This document shows, piece by piece, positions 10,306-22,368 of a stretch of 64,000 nt of DNA (position 1 is its first letter; every line of letters starts with the position of its first letter). Source of the stretch: Methylibium sp. (GTDB taxonomy: Bacteria > Pseudomonadota > Gammaproteobacteria > Burkholderiales > Burkholderiaceae_C). The stretch spans positions 7,498-71,497 of the forward strand of contig NZ_JACDCW010000002.1 in assembly GCF_013817345.1 (NCBI RefSeq). Reading direction: 5' to 3'. The translations under genes and the position numbers were made by a program. Under the pieces are notes generated by a model. That model saw nothing but the letters and a program-made list of their open reading frames with translations. It did not search any database and was not told the DNA's origin.

Positions 10306-11721
10306 ATGAACAGACCGACTGCGACGGCTGACCTTGAGCCTGCGGTGCTCGCCGTACAAGGAGTACCGCTGAGCTTTCCGGCGACGCCAGCCGGGCTTGC
10401 GCGCCACGGTCTCTTCACGCTTTCCCGGAAGCCGGCGGAGGTCTACCACTACAAGCCGCACAACGTGGGCCGTTGGCTCGTTTGGGGGCTGTTCGCGGTG
10501 GTATTGATCGCCGCACCCATGCTGTTCACCAGTGGCCTGTCGCGCTCGATGCTTTCGCAGATGGGCATCGCCATCATTGCCTGCCTGTCCTACAACATGC
10601 TGCTGGGGCAGGGCGGCATGCTGAGCTTCGGCCATGCGGTCTACACCGGCCTGGGCTCCTACCTCGCGATTCACGCGCTCAACAGCGTGGCCGGCGGCCA
10701 GTTGCCGATCCCCGTGAGCCTGATCCCGCTGGTCGGCGGCCTGGCCGGCATGTCCTTCGCGTTGCTGCTCGGCTTCGTGACCACACGCAAGGCCGGCACG
10801 CCCTTCGCCATGATCACGCTCGGCATCGGCGAGCTGGTGTTCGCGGCCTCGCTGATGATCCCGGAGTTCTTCGGCGGCGAGGCCGGCGTGTCGGGCAACC
10901 GGGTGGTCGGCGAGGCGGTGGCGGGCATCACGTTCGGCCCGCAGATCCAGGTCTATTACCTGATCGCGCTCTACACCTTCGTGTGCACCGCCGCCATGTT
11001 CGCCTTCACGCGCACGCCGCTCGGCCGCATGCTCAATGCCGTGCGCGACAACCCCGAGCGCGTGCAGTTCATCGGCTACAACCTGCAGCGCGTGCGCTGG
11101 TTCGCCTTCATCATTGCGGGCTTCTTCGCCGGTGTGTCGGGCGGGCTGTACTCGGTCAACTTCGAGATCGTCACGGCCGAGGTGGTCGGCGCGGCGCGCT
11201 CGGGCGCCTACCTGCTGTTCACCTTTCTCGGCGGCACGACCTTCTTCTTCGGCCCGATCATCGGCGCCGTCCTGATGATCGTGGCTTTCGTGCTGCTCAG
11301 CGAGTTCACGCAGGCCTGGCTGCTCTACCTGGGCCTGATCTTCCTGTTCATGGTGATGTACGCACCGGGCGGCATCGCGAGCCTGATCATGATGAACCTG
11401 CGCGTTGCGGCGTACGGCAAGCTCAGGAAGCTGTTCACGTCCTACCTGGCACTGGGCGGCACGGCGCTGGTCATGCTGGCCGGCGCGGCGGCGATCATCG
11501 AGATGATCTATCACCTGCAGCTCGGCACTTCGCTGGGCAGCACGCTGCGCTTCATGAGCGTGCCGCTCGACGCACACAGCCTGGACAGCTGGTTCGGTGC
11601 CGGCTTCGTGATGCTCACCGGCCTGGCGCTGTTCGAACTGACGCGCCGAGAGTTCGCACGGCAGTGGGGCGTGGTGCAAGAAGAGATCGAGCATGAGATT
11701 CGAAAAAGGGATGCGCTGTGA
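10306..11721 (+). CDS. Branched-chain amino acid-type ABC permease (LivM-like)
   Basis: GQGGMLSFGHA, AMITLG, GRMLNAVRDNPER and FFGPIIGA motifs. Confidence 0.9.
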   Translation: MNRPTATADLEPAVLAVQGVPLSFPATPAGLARHGLFTLSRKPAEVYHYKPHNVGRWLVWGLFAVVLIAAPMLFTSGLSRSMLSQMGIAIIACLSYNMLLGQGGMLSFGHAVYTGLGSYLAIHALNSVAGGQLPIPVSLIPLVGGLAGMSFALLLGFVTTRKAGTPFAMITLGIGELVFAASLMIPEFFGGEAGVSGNRVVGEAVAGITFGPQIQVYYLIALYTFVCTAAMFAFTRTPLGRMLNAVRDNPERVQFIGYNLQRVRWFAFIIAGFFAGVSGGLYSVNFEIVTAEVVGAARSGAYLLFTFLGGTTFFFGPIIGAVLMIVAFVLLSEFTQAWLLYLGLIFLFMVMYAPGGIASLIMMNLRVAAYGKLRKLFTSYLALGGTALVMLAGAAAIIEMIYHLQLGTSLGSTLRFMSVPLDAHSLDSWFGAGFVMLTGLALFELTRREFARQWGVVQEEIEHEIRKRDAL

Positions 11722-12533
11722 GTGCGGTCGTGCCCACCCGCTCATCGGCCTTCGCCGTCGAGCTGAAAAACGTCTGCAAGCGCTTCGGCAAGACCGAGAT
11801 CATTCGCGGCGCCAATCTGGCGGTGAGGCCGGGCGAGCGAGTCGCCGTCATCGGCCCCAACGGCGCGGGCAAGTCGACGCTCTTCAACCTGATCAGCGGG
11901 CGCTTTCCCATCAGCAGCGGCGAGATCGCCCTGCACGGCGAACGCATCGACGGCCTGGAGCCCTACGAGATCAATCGCAAGGGACTGGCCCGCAGTTTTC
12001 AGGTGAGCAATCTGTTCACGCGGTTGTCGGTGTTCGAGAACATCCGCTGCGCGGTGCTGTGGTCACTGGGCTACCGCTATTCGTTCTGGAAGTTCCTCGC
12101 CGATCTGACCGACGCCAACGAGCGCGCGGAGCAGGTCATGGAGATGATCAAGCTCGAGCGCAAGCGCGACGCGCTGGCGATGAACCTGACCTACGCCGAG
12201 CAGCGGGCGCTGGAAATCGGCATCACGATTGCGGGAGGCGCCAGCGTCATCCTGCTCGACGAGCCGACGGCCGGCATGAGCAAGAGCGAGACGCAGCGCT
12301 TCATTCAACTGATCCGGGAAGTGACCGAGGGGAAGACTCTGCTGACCGTTGAGCACGACATGGGCGTGGTGTTCGGCCTGGCCGACCGCATTGCGGTGCT
12401 GGTCTACGGCGAGGTGATCGCCTTCGACGAGCCCGAGGCGGTGCGGGCGAATGCCAAGGTCCAGGAGGCTTACCTCGGCTCGATGCCGGCCGAGCAGCCG
12501 GCGCAGGCGGCAAACACGGCGGCGCCGGCCTGA
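11718..12533 (+). CDS. ABC transporter ATP-binding protein (LivG-like)
   Basis: Walker A GPNGAGKST, LLDEPTAG and VEHDM. Confidence 0.93.
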   Translation: MSAVVPTRSSAFAVELKNVCKRFGKTEIIRGANLAVRPGERVAVIGPNGAGKSTLFNLISGRFPISSGEIALHGERIDGLEPYEINRKGLARSFQVSNLFTRLSVFENIRCAVLWSLGYRYSFWKFLADLTDANERAEQVMEMIKLERKRDALAMNLTYAEQRALEIGITIAGGASVILLDEPTAGMSKSETQRFIQLIREVTEGKTLLTVEHDMGVVFGLADRIAVLVYGEVIAFDEPEAVRANAKVQEAYLGSMPAEQPAQAANTAAPA

Positions 12534-12536
12534 GCC

Positions 12537-13256
12537 ATGCTGCAGTTGTCCGACCTGCACGCGTTCTACGGCAAGAGCCATGTGCTGCACGGCGTGTCGC
12601 TCGAGGTCGAGCCGGGCGAGATCGTCAGCATCCTGGGCCGCAACGGCTCGGGCCGATCGACCACCGTCAAGACCGTCATGGGCCTCGTGAACGGGCGGGG
12701 TTCGGTGAAGTGGAAGGGCGAGGAGATCCTCGGTCACAAGGCTTTCGACATCGCTCACCGCGGCGTCGGCTATGTCCCCGAAAACCGCGACATCTTTCCC
12801 AAGCTCACCGTGCACCAGAACCTGCAGCTCGGTGAGAAAGGGCGGCGCAAGCGCGGGGAGAACGGCAGTCAGAAGGAGCCGCGCTGGTCGTTCGACGACA
12901 TGTACCAGCTGTTCCCGCGCCTGAAGGATCGCCAGCACACCGAGGCCGGCGTCCTTTCGGGGGGCGAGCAGCAGATGCTGACCCTGTGCCGCACGCTGAT
13001 GGGCGACCCCGAGCTGATCATGATCGACGAGCCCACCGAGGGGCTGGCGCCGAAGGTCGTCGAATTGGTCGCGGAGTTCCTGAAGGAGCTCAAGCGGCGC
13101 GGCCTGTCGGTGCTGCTGGTCGAACAGAAGCTGACCATCGCGCTGGAAATCTCCGAGCGCTGCTACGTCATGGGCCACGGCCGCATCGTCTTCGAGGGCA
13201 CGCCGGCCGACTTGCGAGGCAACGCCTATATTCGCAAGGAGTGGCTGGAGGTCTAG
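12537..13256 (+). CDS. ABC transporter ATP-binding protein (LivF-like)
   Basis: GRNGSGRST, LSGGEQQML, DEPTEGLAP and LLVEQ. Confidence 0.93.
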   Translation: MLQLSDLHAFYGKSHVLHGVSLEVEPGEIVSILGRNGSGRSTTVKTVMGLVNGRGSVKWKGEEILGHKAFDIAHRGVGYVPENRDIFPKLTVHQNLQLGEKGRRKRGENGSQKEPRWSFDDMYQLFPRLKDRQHTEAGVLSGGEQQMLTLCRTLMGDPELIMIDEPTEGLAPKVVELVAEFLKELKRRGLSVLLVEQKLTIALEISERCYVMGHGRIVFEGTPADLRGNAYIRKEWLEV

Positions 13257-13410
13257 AGCGCGGAGCGAAGGGCGAGGGGCCCCGGACCACGGGAATCGAC
13301 CAGCGCAGCGATCGGCGAGGGAGCGGCCTCGATGGCCGCGACCGAGTGCCCGCGCTGCGCCGACTGTCTTGTCACTGCAGCGACATCCCCCCCGAGCACT
13401 TTCCATCCAG

Positions 13411-13430
13411 AATCGAACGATCGTGCTATT
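13411..13430. promoter_or_regulatory. Candidate palindromic operator upstream of the beta-oxidation genes
   Basis: AATCGAACGATCGTGCTATT is self-complementary at 16 of 20 positions and lies ~40 bp upstream of the enoyl-CoA hydratase/HAD start. Confidence 0.45.
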
Positions 13431-13467
13431 GCCGCCCGAGGCGGCTTTCAACACCGAAGGGCCGACC

Positions 13468-15561
13468 ATGAGCGCCATCTACGAAGCGCACGGCGACGTC
13501 GCCGTCATCACGCTGAACAACCCGCCCGTCAACGGCCTGGGCTTCGAGACGCGTCGCGGCATCACCGACGCGCTCGCGAGGGCGCAGGCGGACGGCGCCG
13601 TGCGCGCCATTGTCATCACAGGCGCCGGCAAGGCCTTTTCGGGCGGTGCCGATATCAAGGAGTTCGGGTCGCCGAAGGCCTTGGCCGAACCCAACCTGCT
13701 GAGCGTGATCCGGACGGTGGAAAACAGCAGCAAGCCGGTGGTCGCAGCGATCCACACGGTGTGCATGGGCGGTGGGCTCGAGCTGGCGCTGGGCTGCCAT
13801 TACCGCGTGGCCTCGCCCGGCGCGAACATTGCGCTGCCGGAGGTCAAGCTCGGCCTGCTGCCGGGTGCCGGCGGCACGCAGCGGCTGCCGCGTGCGATCG
13901 GCGTGGAGAACGCCCTCAACATGATCGTCAGCGGCGAGCCGGTGAAGAGCGAGCTGCTGGCACAGGCGCCCGGGCAGCAGCTGTTCCAGAAAATCATCGA
14001 GGGCGATCTGCTCGAAGGCGCGGTCGCTTTCGCGCGCTCGATGGCCGACGCGCGCCCGCTGCCGCGCGTGCGCGATCTGAAGGCGATGCATCCGAACGCC
14101 GACGCGTATTTCCAGTTCGCGCGCAACACCGTGCGCGCCATGGCCAAGCACTTCCCGGCGCCGGTTCGCTGTGTCGATTGCATCGAACAAGCGGTCAAGG
14201 CCAGGTTCGAGGACGGCATGCGCTATGAGCGCGAAGCCTTTGCCGCGCTGATGCTGACGCCGGAATCCAAGGCGCTGCGCCATGCGTTCTTCGCCGAGCG
14301 CGCGGCCAGCAAGATTCCCGACGTTCCCGCCAACACGCCACTGCGCCCGGTGAACAAGGTGGCCGTCATCGGCGCGGGCACCATGGGCGGCGGCATCGCC
14401 ATGAATTTCCTGAACGCCGGGATCCCGGTCGTCATGCTGGAGCAAAAATCCGAAGCGCTCGAACGCGGCGTCGCGACCATCCGCAAGAACTACGAGGCGC
14501 AGGTCAAGAAGGGAAAGCTGAAGGCCGACAAGTACGACGAGCGCATGAACCTGCTCTCGACCACGCTCGATTACGCCGACCTGAAAGACGCGGACATGGC
14601 GATCGAGGCGGTGTACGAGGACATGGGCGTGAAGGAGAAGGTCTTCAAGGCGCTCGACGAGGTGATGAAACCCGGCGCCATCCTCGCCAGCAACACCTCC
14701 ACGCTCGATGTCGACAGGATCGCCGCCTTCACCCGACGGCCCGAAGACGTGATCGGCACCCACTTCTTCAGCCCCGCCAACGTGATGAGACTGCTCGAGG
14801 TGGTGCGCGGCGAGAAGACCGCCAAGGACGTGCTTGCCACGGTCATGCAGCTCGGCAAGAAAATCAGGAAGACCTGCGTCGTCTCCGGCGTATGCGACGG
14901 CTTCATCGGCAACCGCATGCTCGAGCAGTACACGCGCCAGGCCGGCTTCCTGCTGGAGGAGGGCGCCACGCCGGAGCAGGTCGACAAGGCCTGCGAGCGG
15001 TTCGGCTTTGCGATGGGCCCTTTCCGCGTGGGCGACCTTGCCGGCAACGACATCGGCTGGGCGATCCGCAAGCGCCGCTACGTCGAGAAGCCCCACATGC
15101 GCTACAGCAAGACCGCCGACCTGCTGTGCGAGAAGGGCCGCTTCGGCCAGAAAACGGGCGCCGGCTGGTACGACTACCAGCCCGGCAAGCGCGATGCGAT
15201 CCCGTCGAAGGACGTGGTGGACATGATCGCGCAGCACCGTGCCGACCTCGGCATCACGCCGCGCAAGATCGGCGACGAGGAGATCGTGCACCGGCTGGTC
15301 TATTCACTGGTCAACGAAGGCGCGAAGATTCTCGACGAAGGCATCGCCTCTCGTGCCTCCGACATCGACATGGTCTACCTCACCGGTTACGGCTTTCCGC
15401 TTCACCGCGGCGGGCCGATGTGCTACGCCGACACGCAGGGTCTCTTCAACGTGGTGCAAGCGATGAAGCGCTTCGCAATGAACCCCAACGACGACGCCGA
15501 GGTCTGGCAACCCGCCCCGCTGCTGGCTCGGTTGGCTGCCGAAGGGAAAACTTTCACCTGA
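13468..15561 (+). CDS. Fused enoyl-CoA hydratase / 3-hydroxyacyl-CoA dehydrogenase
   Basis: N-terminal crotonase motifs ([37 protein letters not shown]); C-terminal [22 protein letters not shown] and GFIGNR. Confidence 0.94.
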   Translation: MSAIYEAHGDVAVITLNNPPVNGLGFETRRGITDALARAQADGAVRAIVITGAGKAFSGGADIKEFGSPKALAEPNLLSVIRTVENSSKPVVAAIHTVCMGGGLELALGCHYRVASPGANIALPEVKLGLLPGAGGTQRLPRAIGVENALNMIVSGEPVKSELLAQAPGQQLFQKIIEGDLLEGAVAFARSMADARPLPRVRDLKAMHPNADAYFQFARNTVRAMAKHFPAPVRCVDCIEQAVKARFEDGMRYEREAFAALMLTPESKALRHAFFAERAASKIPDVPANTPLRPVNKVAVIGAGTMGGGIAMNFLNAGIPVVMLEQKSEALERGVATIRKNYEAQVKKGKLKADKYDERMNLLSTTLDYADLKDADMAIEAVYEDMGVKEKVFKALDEVMKPGAILASNTSTLDVDRIAAFTRRPEDVIGTHFFSPANVMRLLEVVRGEKTAKDVLATVMQLGKKIRKTCVVSGVCDGFIGNRMLEQYTRQAGFLLEEGATPEQVDKACERFGFAMGPFRVGDLAGNDIGWAIRKRRYVEKPHMRYSKTADLLCEKGRFGQKTGAGWYDYQPGKRDAIPSKDVVDMIAQHRADLGITPRKIGDEEIVHRLVYSLVNEGAKILDEGIASRASDIDMVYLTGYGFPLHRGGPMCYADTQGLFNVVQAMKRFAMNPNDDAEVWQPAPLLARLAAEGKTFT

Positions 15562-15641
15562 CAGGAACTTCCGCCTGCGCCGGGCATTGAAGGACGTTGC
15601 TGCAACCCCTCGCTTTCCCTGAACGCAGGAACCCTGAATTG

Positions 15642-15678
15642 CCCCCTCTCCCTCTGGGAGAGGGCTGGGGTGAGGGCC
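15642..15678 (+). repeat. REP-like extragenic palindrome, copy 1
   Basis: CCCCCTCTCCCTCTGGGAGAGGGCTGGGGTGAGGG; a related copy lies at 32907-32945. Confidence 0.7.
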
Positions 15679-15721
15679 CGGCCCGCCACTCGAAAACAAG
15701 CCGAACTCGAAGGATGTCGAA

Positions 15722-16897
<1,176 letters not shown>

Positions 16898-16973
16898 GTG
16901 CGCCGCCACCTGCCGCGTTGATCGCGGACACGGCATGCTCATGCGTCTCAGCAGCGAAACCGGAACAAACGAG

Positions 16974-17192
16974 ATGAAGACCGTACGACTCGAAAAACTG
17001 ACCTGGGTGCTGATCTATGGCGGCATCTTCATTGCGATGCTCGGCCTGTGGGTGATCGACGACAACGCCGCGCTCGGGCACAGCCTGAGCTGGGGCGGCG
17101 GCCTGGCAATACTGGTCGGCGTGCTGATGATCTGGCTGCGTTCCCGGCGCGGCGACGCGGCGGAGCTGCCGGACAAGGAAACGCCGCGGTGA
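16974..17192 (+). CDS. Small two-TM hypothetical membrane protein
   Basis: 72 aa, MKTVRLEKLTWVLIYGG...; two hydrophobic segments; stop overlaps the next start (GTGA). Confidence 0.7.
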   Translation: MKTVRLEKLTWVLIYGGIFIAMLGLWVIDDNAALGHSLSWGGGLAILVGVLMIWLRSRRGDAAELPDKETPR

Positions 17193-17473
17193 TCCACCAC
17201 ATCGTTATCTGGACGCTGCACGACGCGGCCGACGCGCCCCGCTTCAAGGCACTGCTCGATGGCTGCGCGAACCTCGTGCCGGGCATGCCGAGCTTCGCGG
17301 TCGGCATCCGCACGCAGGGCCTGGAGGCCAATGCCGACGTGGTGCTGGTCTCGGCCTTCGCCGATGCCGCTGCGCTCGAGGCCTACCAGAGCCATCCTCA
17401 GCACCAGGCCGTCGCCGCGCAACTCGGACCCCTGCGCCGTGAGCGGCGGGTGGTCGATTTCGAGCGGCCTTGA
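17189..17473 (+). CDS. Dabb (stress-responsive A/B barrel) family protein
   Basis: VIHHIVIW, DVVLVSAF and LEAYQSHPQH pattern. Confidence 0.85.
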   Translation: MIHHIVIWTLHDAADAPRFKALLDGCANLVPGMPSFAVGIRTQGLEANADVVLVSAFADAAALEAYQSHPQHQAVAAQLGPLRRERRVVDFERP

Positions 17474-17479
17474 ACGGCC

Positions 17480-19462
17480 ATGCGCCTGCGTCGACTGGCC
17501 GGTGCTGCAATGTTTTCGATGTGCGCATCCACCGCGGCGGCGAAGGATGCTGCTGCTGCGTTTCAGGTCTTTCCCGTCGCTCGCAGCGTTGCCCAGGTCG
17601 AAGCGCAGTGCGCTGACTTGCTGGGCGATGTGGCGCGGCGTGAGCGCCGCGTCGCGGCCGGTGCCGACAGCAAGGTCGGCGTGCTGGCCGGCATGGACGG
17701 CATCACCCAGGCGGTCGACGAGCAGCTGGCGCCGATCGCCTTTCAGGCGCACGTTCACCCGAACACGGCGGTGCGCGACGCCGCCGAGGCCTGCACCCTT
17801 CGCTTTCAGGACTTCGCCAGCCGGCTCTACCAGAACGCGAAAATACACGCCCGGTTAGAGGCACTGGCGCCGCTCGATCCGATCGACCGCCAGATGCGCG
17901 AAGACCTGCTGGCCGCATTCGAAGATGCCGGCGTCGCGCTGCCTGCGCCGCGCCGTGCCACGGCGCGCCGGCTCAGCAACGAGATGGCCGAGTTGTCGCA
18001 GGCTTTCGAGCGGCAGGTGCGCGAGGACGACACCCTCGTCGCCTTTACCGAGCCCGAGCTGAACGGCGTGCCGGCAGCGGTGTGGCGCGAGGCCCCGCGC
18101 GACCCGCAGGGCCGCGTGCTGCTCGGCCTGGACTATCCCGTCTATGGCCCGGTGATGGAAACGGCGCACGACCCGGCGGCGCGGGAGCGCATGTGGCGTG
18201 CCTTCCATGCCCGCGGCGGCCAGCTCAATCTCGACAGGCTCGCAGCGCTTGCAAGCAAGCGCTGGGCGTATGCGCAACTGTTCGGCCTCGAAAGCTACGC
18301 CGAGTTCCAGGTGCGCCGCCGCATGGCGCGCAACGTTGCGACGGTGCAGGCCTTTCTCGACGAGGTGAAGGCGGTGGTGCAAGCGCGCGAGCGCATCGAC
18401 CTGGCCGACCTGCGCAGCGCCAAAGCGAGCGAGCTGCAACAGCCGCTCGCCGGCACGCCGTTGAAACGCTGGGACATCGGCTACTACATCGAACGCGTCA
18501 AACGCGAGCGTTTCGCGCTGGACCAGGAGCGGTTTCGCCGTCACTTTCCGCCCCAGGCCAGCGTCGACTTCGTGTTCGCGTTGGCCGGCCGCTTGTTCGG
18601 CGTCGGCTTCGAGCCGCTGGAGCAGGCGCTCTGGCATCCCGACGCTCGCGCCTACGGTGTGTTCGAGCAAAGCGGCGGACAACGGCTGGCCACGCTCTAC
18701 CTCGATCTGTATCCGCGCGAGAACAAATACGGCCACGCGGCGGTGTGGTCGCTGCAGGGCTCTTCCACCCGCACGGGCCAGCGGCCGGCGGCTGCGCTGG
18801 TCACCAACTTCGACCGCCGCGGCCTCACCCTGGACGAGCTGGAGACGCTGCTGCACGAATTCGGCCACGCGCTGCACACGGCGCTGTCGACCACGCGCTA
18901 TGCCGGCCAGGCCGGCACCAGCGTCGAGCTCGACTTCGTCGAGGCGCCCTCGCAGATGCTGGAGGAATGGGTTTACGACGCCCGCGTGCTCGCGCTCTTT
19001 CAGGACGTGTGTGCGGCCTGCGAGCCGGTGCCGGCCGATTTGCTGGCGCGCGCGCGGCAATCGCGCAGCTTCGGCAAGGGCCTGCGGTTTGCACGCCAGC
19101 ATCTGTACGCCAGCTACGACCTGGCGCTGCACGCAGCCGACGTCGCCGAGCCGATGGCGCTGTGGGCGCGCATGGAAGCCGCCACACCGCTGTCGCACGA
19201 GGCCGGCACGACGTTCCCGGCCAACTTCTCTCATCTGGCCGGCGGCTACGGCGCGGGCTACTACGCCTACCTGTGGAGCCTGGCCACGGCGCGCGACCTC
19301 TACACCGCGTTCGACGCCGACCCGCTCGACGCCGCCACCGGCCGGCGCTACCGTGACACCGTGCTGGCCCACGGCGGGCAGTTCGAGCCCACCATTCTGG
19401 TCACCCGCTTTCTCGGCCGGGCGCCGAACAACAACGCTTTCTTCGAGTGGCTCGCGCATTGA
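17480..19462 (+). CDS. M3-family (thimet/oligopeptidase A-like) metallopeptidase, exported
   Basis: Signal peptide; LDLYPRENKYGHAA, LLHEFGHALH (HExxH), DFVEAPSQMLEEW and GYYAYLWS. Confidence 0.92.
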   Translation: MRLRRLAGAAMFSMCASTAAAKDAAAAFQVFPVARSVAQVEAQCADLLGDVARRERRVAAGADSKVGVLAGMDGITQAVDEQLAPIAFQAHVHPNTAVRDAAEACTLRFQDFASRLYQNAKIHARLEALAPLDPIDRQMREDLLAAFEDAGVALPAPRRATARRLSNEMAELSQAFERQVREDDTLVAFTEPELNGVPAAVWREAPRDPQGRVLLGLDYPVYGPVMETAHDPAARERMWRAFHARGGQLNLDRLAALASKRWAYAQLFGLESYAEFQVRRRMARNVATVQAFLDEVKAVVQARERIDLADLRSAKASELQQPLAGTPLKRWDIGYYIERVKRERFALDQERFRRHFPPQASVDFVFALAGRLFGVGFEPLEQALWHPDARAYGVFEQSGGQRLATLYLDLYPRENKYGHAAVWSLQGSSTRTGQRPAAALVTNFDRRGLTLDELETLLHEFGHALHTALSTTRYAGQAGTSVELDFVEAPSQMLEEWVYDARVLALFQDVCAACEPVPADLLARARQSRSFGKGLRFARQHLYASYDLALHAADVAEPMALWARMEAATPLSHEAGTTFPANFSHLAGGYGAGYYAYLWSLATARDLYTAFDADPLDAATGRRYRDTVLAHGGQFEPTILVTRFLGRAPNNNAFFEWLAH

Positions 19463-19517
19463 GCGTGCGTGCGCCCGCCACCGTCACGAACATCACGACT
19501 CCCACGGACCTTTTTCA

Positions 19518-20012
19518 ATGCTGCAGTTCCCCGTTCACATTCCCTTCACCGAACAGCTCGGCTTCGAACTCGTGCGCCTGGGCGGCGGCGAGTCCGAGAT
19601 CGTGGTGGCTTTGCGCGAGGAGCACCTCAACTCCTTTCGCGTCGCCCACGGCGGCCTGACGATGACCTTGCTCGACGTGGCGATGTCGCATGCCGCGCGC
19701 AGCGTCAACATGACGGCAGCCGATGCCACCGGCGTGGGGCCGGTCGATCACGGCCCCGGCGTGGTGACCATCGAGATGAAGACGAGCTTCATGCGACCCG
19801 GCCAGGGCCGCCTGCGCGGCACCGGCAAGCTGCTGCACCGAAGCATGACGCTGGCGTTCTGCGAGGGCAGCGTCTTCGGTGAAGACGGGGCCTTGTGCGC
19901 GCATGCGACGGCCACCTTCAAGTACCTGCGCGCGCTGCCCACCGACCGGCGCACGCTCGCGCCGCTGCAAACGCGCGAGCCGCCAGTGTCTGGCGGCAGC
20001 GGCTCCGATTGA
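19518..20012 (+). CDS. PaaI-family hotdog-fold thioesterase
   Basis: HLNSFRVAHGGLTMTLLDVAM and VVTIEMKTSFMRPG. Confidence 0.88.
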   Translation: MLQFPVHIPFTEQLGFELVRLGGGESEIVVALREEHLNSFRVAHGGLTMTLLDVAMSHAARSVNMTAADATGVGPVDHGPGVVTIEMKTSFMRPGQGRLRGTGKLLHRSMTLAFCEGSVFGEDGALCAHATATFKYLRALPTDRRTLAPLQTREPPVSGGSGSD

Positions 20013-20104
20013 ACGACGAGCGAACCCTTGCCCCAGCCGCTGCCTCCAACCGACCCACCGCCCCGGATGCGCATCGACACGACCCTTCCCAAAAGGACCC
20101 CACC

Positions 20105-21124
20105 ATGACCCTGATCAACCAACAGATCGTGCTCGCCTCCCGCCCCGAGGGCGAGCCGAGCGCTGCGAACTTCGAGCTGATGGAGACGAAAGTGCCGGAG
20201 CTGCAGGACGGCCAGGTGCTCGTGCGCAACCACTACCTCTCGCTCGACCCCTACATGCGCGGGCGCATGAGCGAAGGCAAGAGCTACGCGCAGCCGCAGC
20301 CGCTGGGTGAGGTGATGATCGGCGGCACGGTTGGCGAAGTGGTGGCCTCGAAAAACACCGCCTTCGCGGTGGGCGACATGGTCGTCGGCATGGGCGGCTG
20401 GCAGGACTACCAACTCGTGGATGCCGGCCAGCGCGGTGTGCTGCAGAAGGTCGACACCACGCACCTTCCGTTGTCCGCCTACCTGGGCGCTGTCGGCATG
20501 CCGGGCGTGACGGCCTGGTACGGCCTCACCCAGATCATTGCGCCCAAGCCGGGCGAAACGGTGGTCGTGAGCGCGGCCAGCGGCGCGGTGGGCGGCGTGG
20601 TCGGCCAACTCGCGAGAGCGCGCGGTGCGCGGGCCGTGGGCCTGGCCGGAGGCCGCGAGAAGTGCGCCTACGTGACTGAAGAACTGGGCTTCGACGCCTG
20701 CATCGACTACAAGCAGCACCCCGACCTCAAGTCGCTCTCGGGTGCGCTCAAGGCCGCCTGCCCGAAAGGCATCGACGGCTACTTCGAGAACGTCGGCGGC
20801 ATGATCCTCGACGCGGTGATGCTGCGCATGAACGCCTTCGGCCGAATAGCGGTGTGCGGAATGATCGCCGGCTACAACGGCGAGCCGATCCCCATGGCCA
20901 ACCCGTCGTTGATCCTGATGTCGCGGCTGAAGATCGAAGGCTTCATCGTCAGCGAGCACATGGAGGCTTGGCCGCCTGCGCTCAAGGAACTGGGCACGGC
21001 CGTCGCCACCGGCAAGCTCAAGTACCGAGAAACGGTAGCCGAAGGGCTGGCGAGCGCACCGCAGGCCTTCCTCGGTCTGCTCAAGGGACGCAATTTCGGC
21101 AAGCAGCTGGTCAAGCTGGTCTGA
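20105..21124 (+). CDS. NADP-dependent alkenal/one oxidoreductase (PTGR/CurA-like MDR family)
   Basis: YLSLDPYMRGRM, LGAVGMPGVTAWYGL, VSAASGAVG and GRNFGKQLVKL. Confidence 0.92.
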   Translation: MTLINQQIVLASRPEGEPSAANFELMETKVPELQDGQVLVRNHYLSLDPYMRGRMSEGKSYAQPQPLGEVMIGGTVGEVVASKNTAFAVGDMVVGMGGWQDYQLVDAGQRGVLQKVDTTHLPLSAYLGAVGMPGVTAWYGLTQIIAPKPGETVVVSAASGAVGGVVGQLARARGARAVGLAGGREKCAYVTEELGFDACIDYKQHPDLKSLSGALKAACPKGIDGYFENVGGMILDAVMLRMNAFGRIAVCGMIAGYNGEPIPMANPSLILMSRLKIEGFIVSEHMEAWPPALKELGTAVATGKLKYRETVAEGLASAPQAFLGLLKGRNFGKQLVKLV

Positions 21125-21247
21125 GCCGGAACCGGTCGGGGCAGGGCGTTCGAGACGAGAGCGGCCGGCTGGCCGAAACACTGCCCAATCCGGCCGGCCG
21201 TGCGCTGCTGTTGCCGCACCACCTCGATCACCACTTCCCGGAGCCCC

Positions 21248-22201
21248 ATGAGCCACCCCACCGCCAGCGATCTGATCCTCCACCACTACGCCACCTCGCC
21301 CTTCTCGGAGAAGGTGCGCCTCATCCTCGGCTACAAGCGGCTCGCCTGGCGCAGCGTGACCGTGCCCATGGTCCTGCCCAAGCCCGACGTCGTGGCCCTG
21401 ACCGGCGGCTACCGGCGCACCCCTTTCCTGCAGATCGGCGCCGACATCTATTGCGACAGCGCGCTCATCGCGCGGGTGCTGGAGCGGCTCGCGCCCGAGC
21501 CCACGCTCTATCCGCCGGCTTCGGCCGGCAGCGCCGAATTGCTCTCGCACTGGGCCGACAGCGCCCTGTTCTGGACGGCGATTCCGTACACGATGCAGCC
21601 GGCTGGCCTGGCCTCGATCTTCAACAATGCGCCGCCCGAGGCGATCAAGGTCTTCGGCGCTGACCGCGCCGCCATGTCGCCCCATTTCCGCCGCCCGACC
21701 GTGGCCGACGGCAGCGTGCAATTGCAGATCTACCTGGCCTGGCTCGAAGGGCAACTGGCCGACGGGCGGGCCTTCTTCGGCGGCGACGAGGTCAGCATTG
21801 CCGACTTTTCGGTGGCGCACCCGATCTGGTTCATCCGCCGTGCACCGCCGGTGGCCGGCGTGCTCGACGCCTGCCCGCGTCTGGCGGCGTGGTACGAGCG
21901 GGTTCAAGCCCTGGGGCAGGGCCAGCCCGGCGAGAAGGTCGATGCCGCCGAAGCGCTGCGCCTCGCCGCCAGTGCCGGTGCCGGGGCACGCGAGCCGAGT
22001 GCCGTTCAGGCCGGCCTGGGCTTCGAAGCCGGCGAGACGGTCAGCGTGGCTGCCACCGACTACGGCAGCGATCTCGTCCTCGGGCAACTGGTCGGGCTGA
22101 GTGCGGACGAAGTGGCGGTTCGCCGTGAGGATGAACGCGCCGGTGCGGTGGTCGTGCACTTCCCGCGGATCGGCTTTCAGATCAAGAAGTTCACTCCCTA
22201 G
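21248..22201 (+). CDS. Glutathione S-transferase family protein
   Basis: HHYATSPFSEKVRL, GGYRRTPFLQIGADIYCDSALI, SIADF and VHFPRIGF. Confidence 0.9.
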   Translation: MSHPTASDLILHHYATSPFSEKVRLILGYKRLAWRSVTVPMVLPKPDVVALTGGYRRTPFLQIGADIYCDSALIARVLERLAPEPTLYPPASAGSAELLSHWADSALFWTAIPYTMQPAGLASIFNNAPPEAIKVFGADRAAMSPHFRRPTVADGSVQLQIYLAWLEGQLADGRAFFGGDEVSIADFSVAHPIWFIRRAPPVAGVLDACPRLAAWYERVQALGQGQPGEKVDAAEALRLAASAGAGAREPSAVQAGLGFEAGETVSVAATDYGSDLVLGQLVGLSADEVAVRREDERAGAVVVHFPRIGFQIKKFTP

Positions 22202-22207
22202 CTTATA

Positions 22208-22220
22208 AATCAACGACTTA
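22208..22220 (+). promoter_or_regulatory. IHF consensus site in an AT-rich intergenic patch
   Basis: AATCAACGACTTA is an exact match to WATCAANNNNTTR. Confidence 0.55.
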
Positions 22221-22368
22221 AGAATTAATCATGAACAAACAGTTTAGATATTTATCCGGTTTTTAGTCAGACTTTAGCGCCGTGCTCGATCTTTGGAAAA
22301 TAGGTTTCTGACTGCCGTTTGTCCGAATCAGAATCCGTTGTTTGTCAGACGTTTAGACTGGTTTGTTA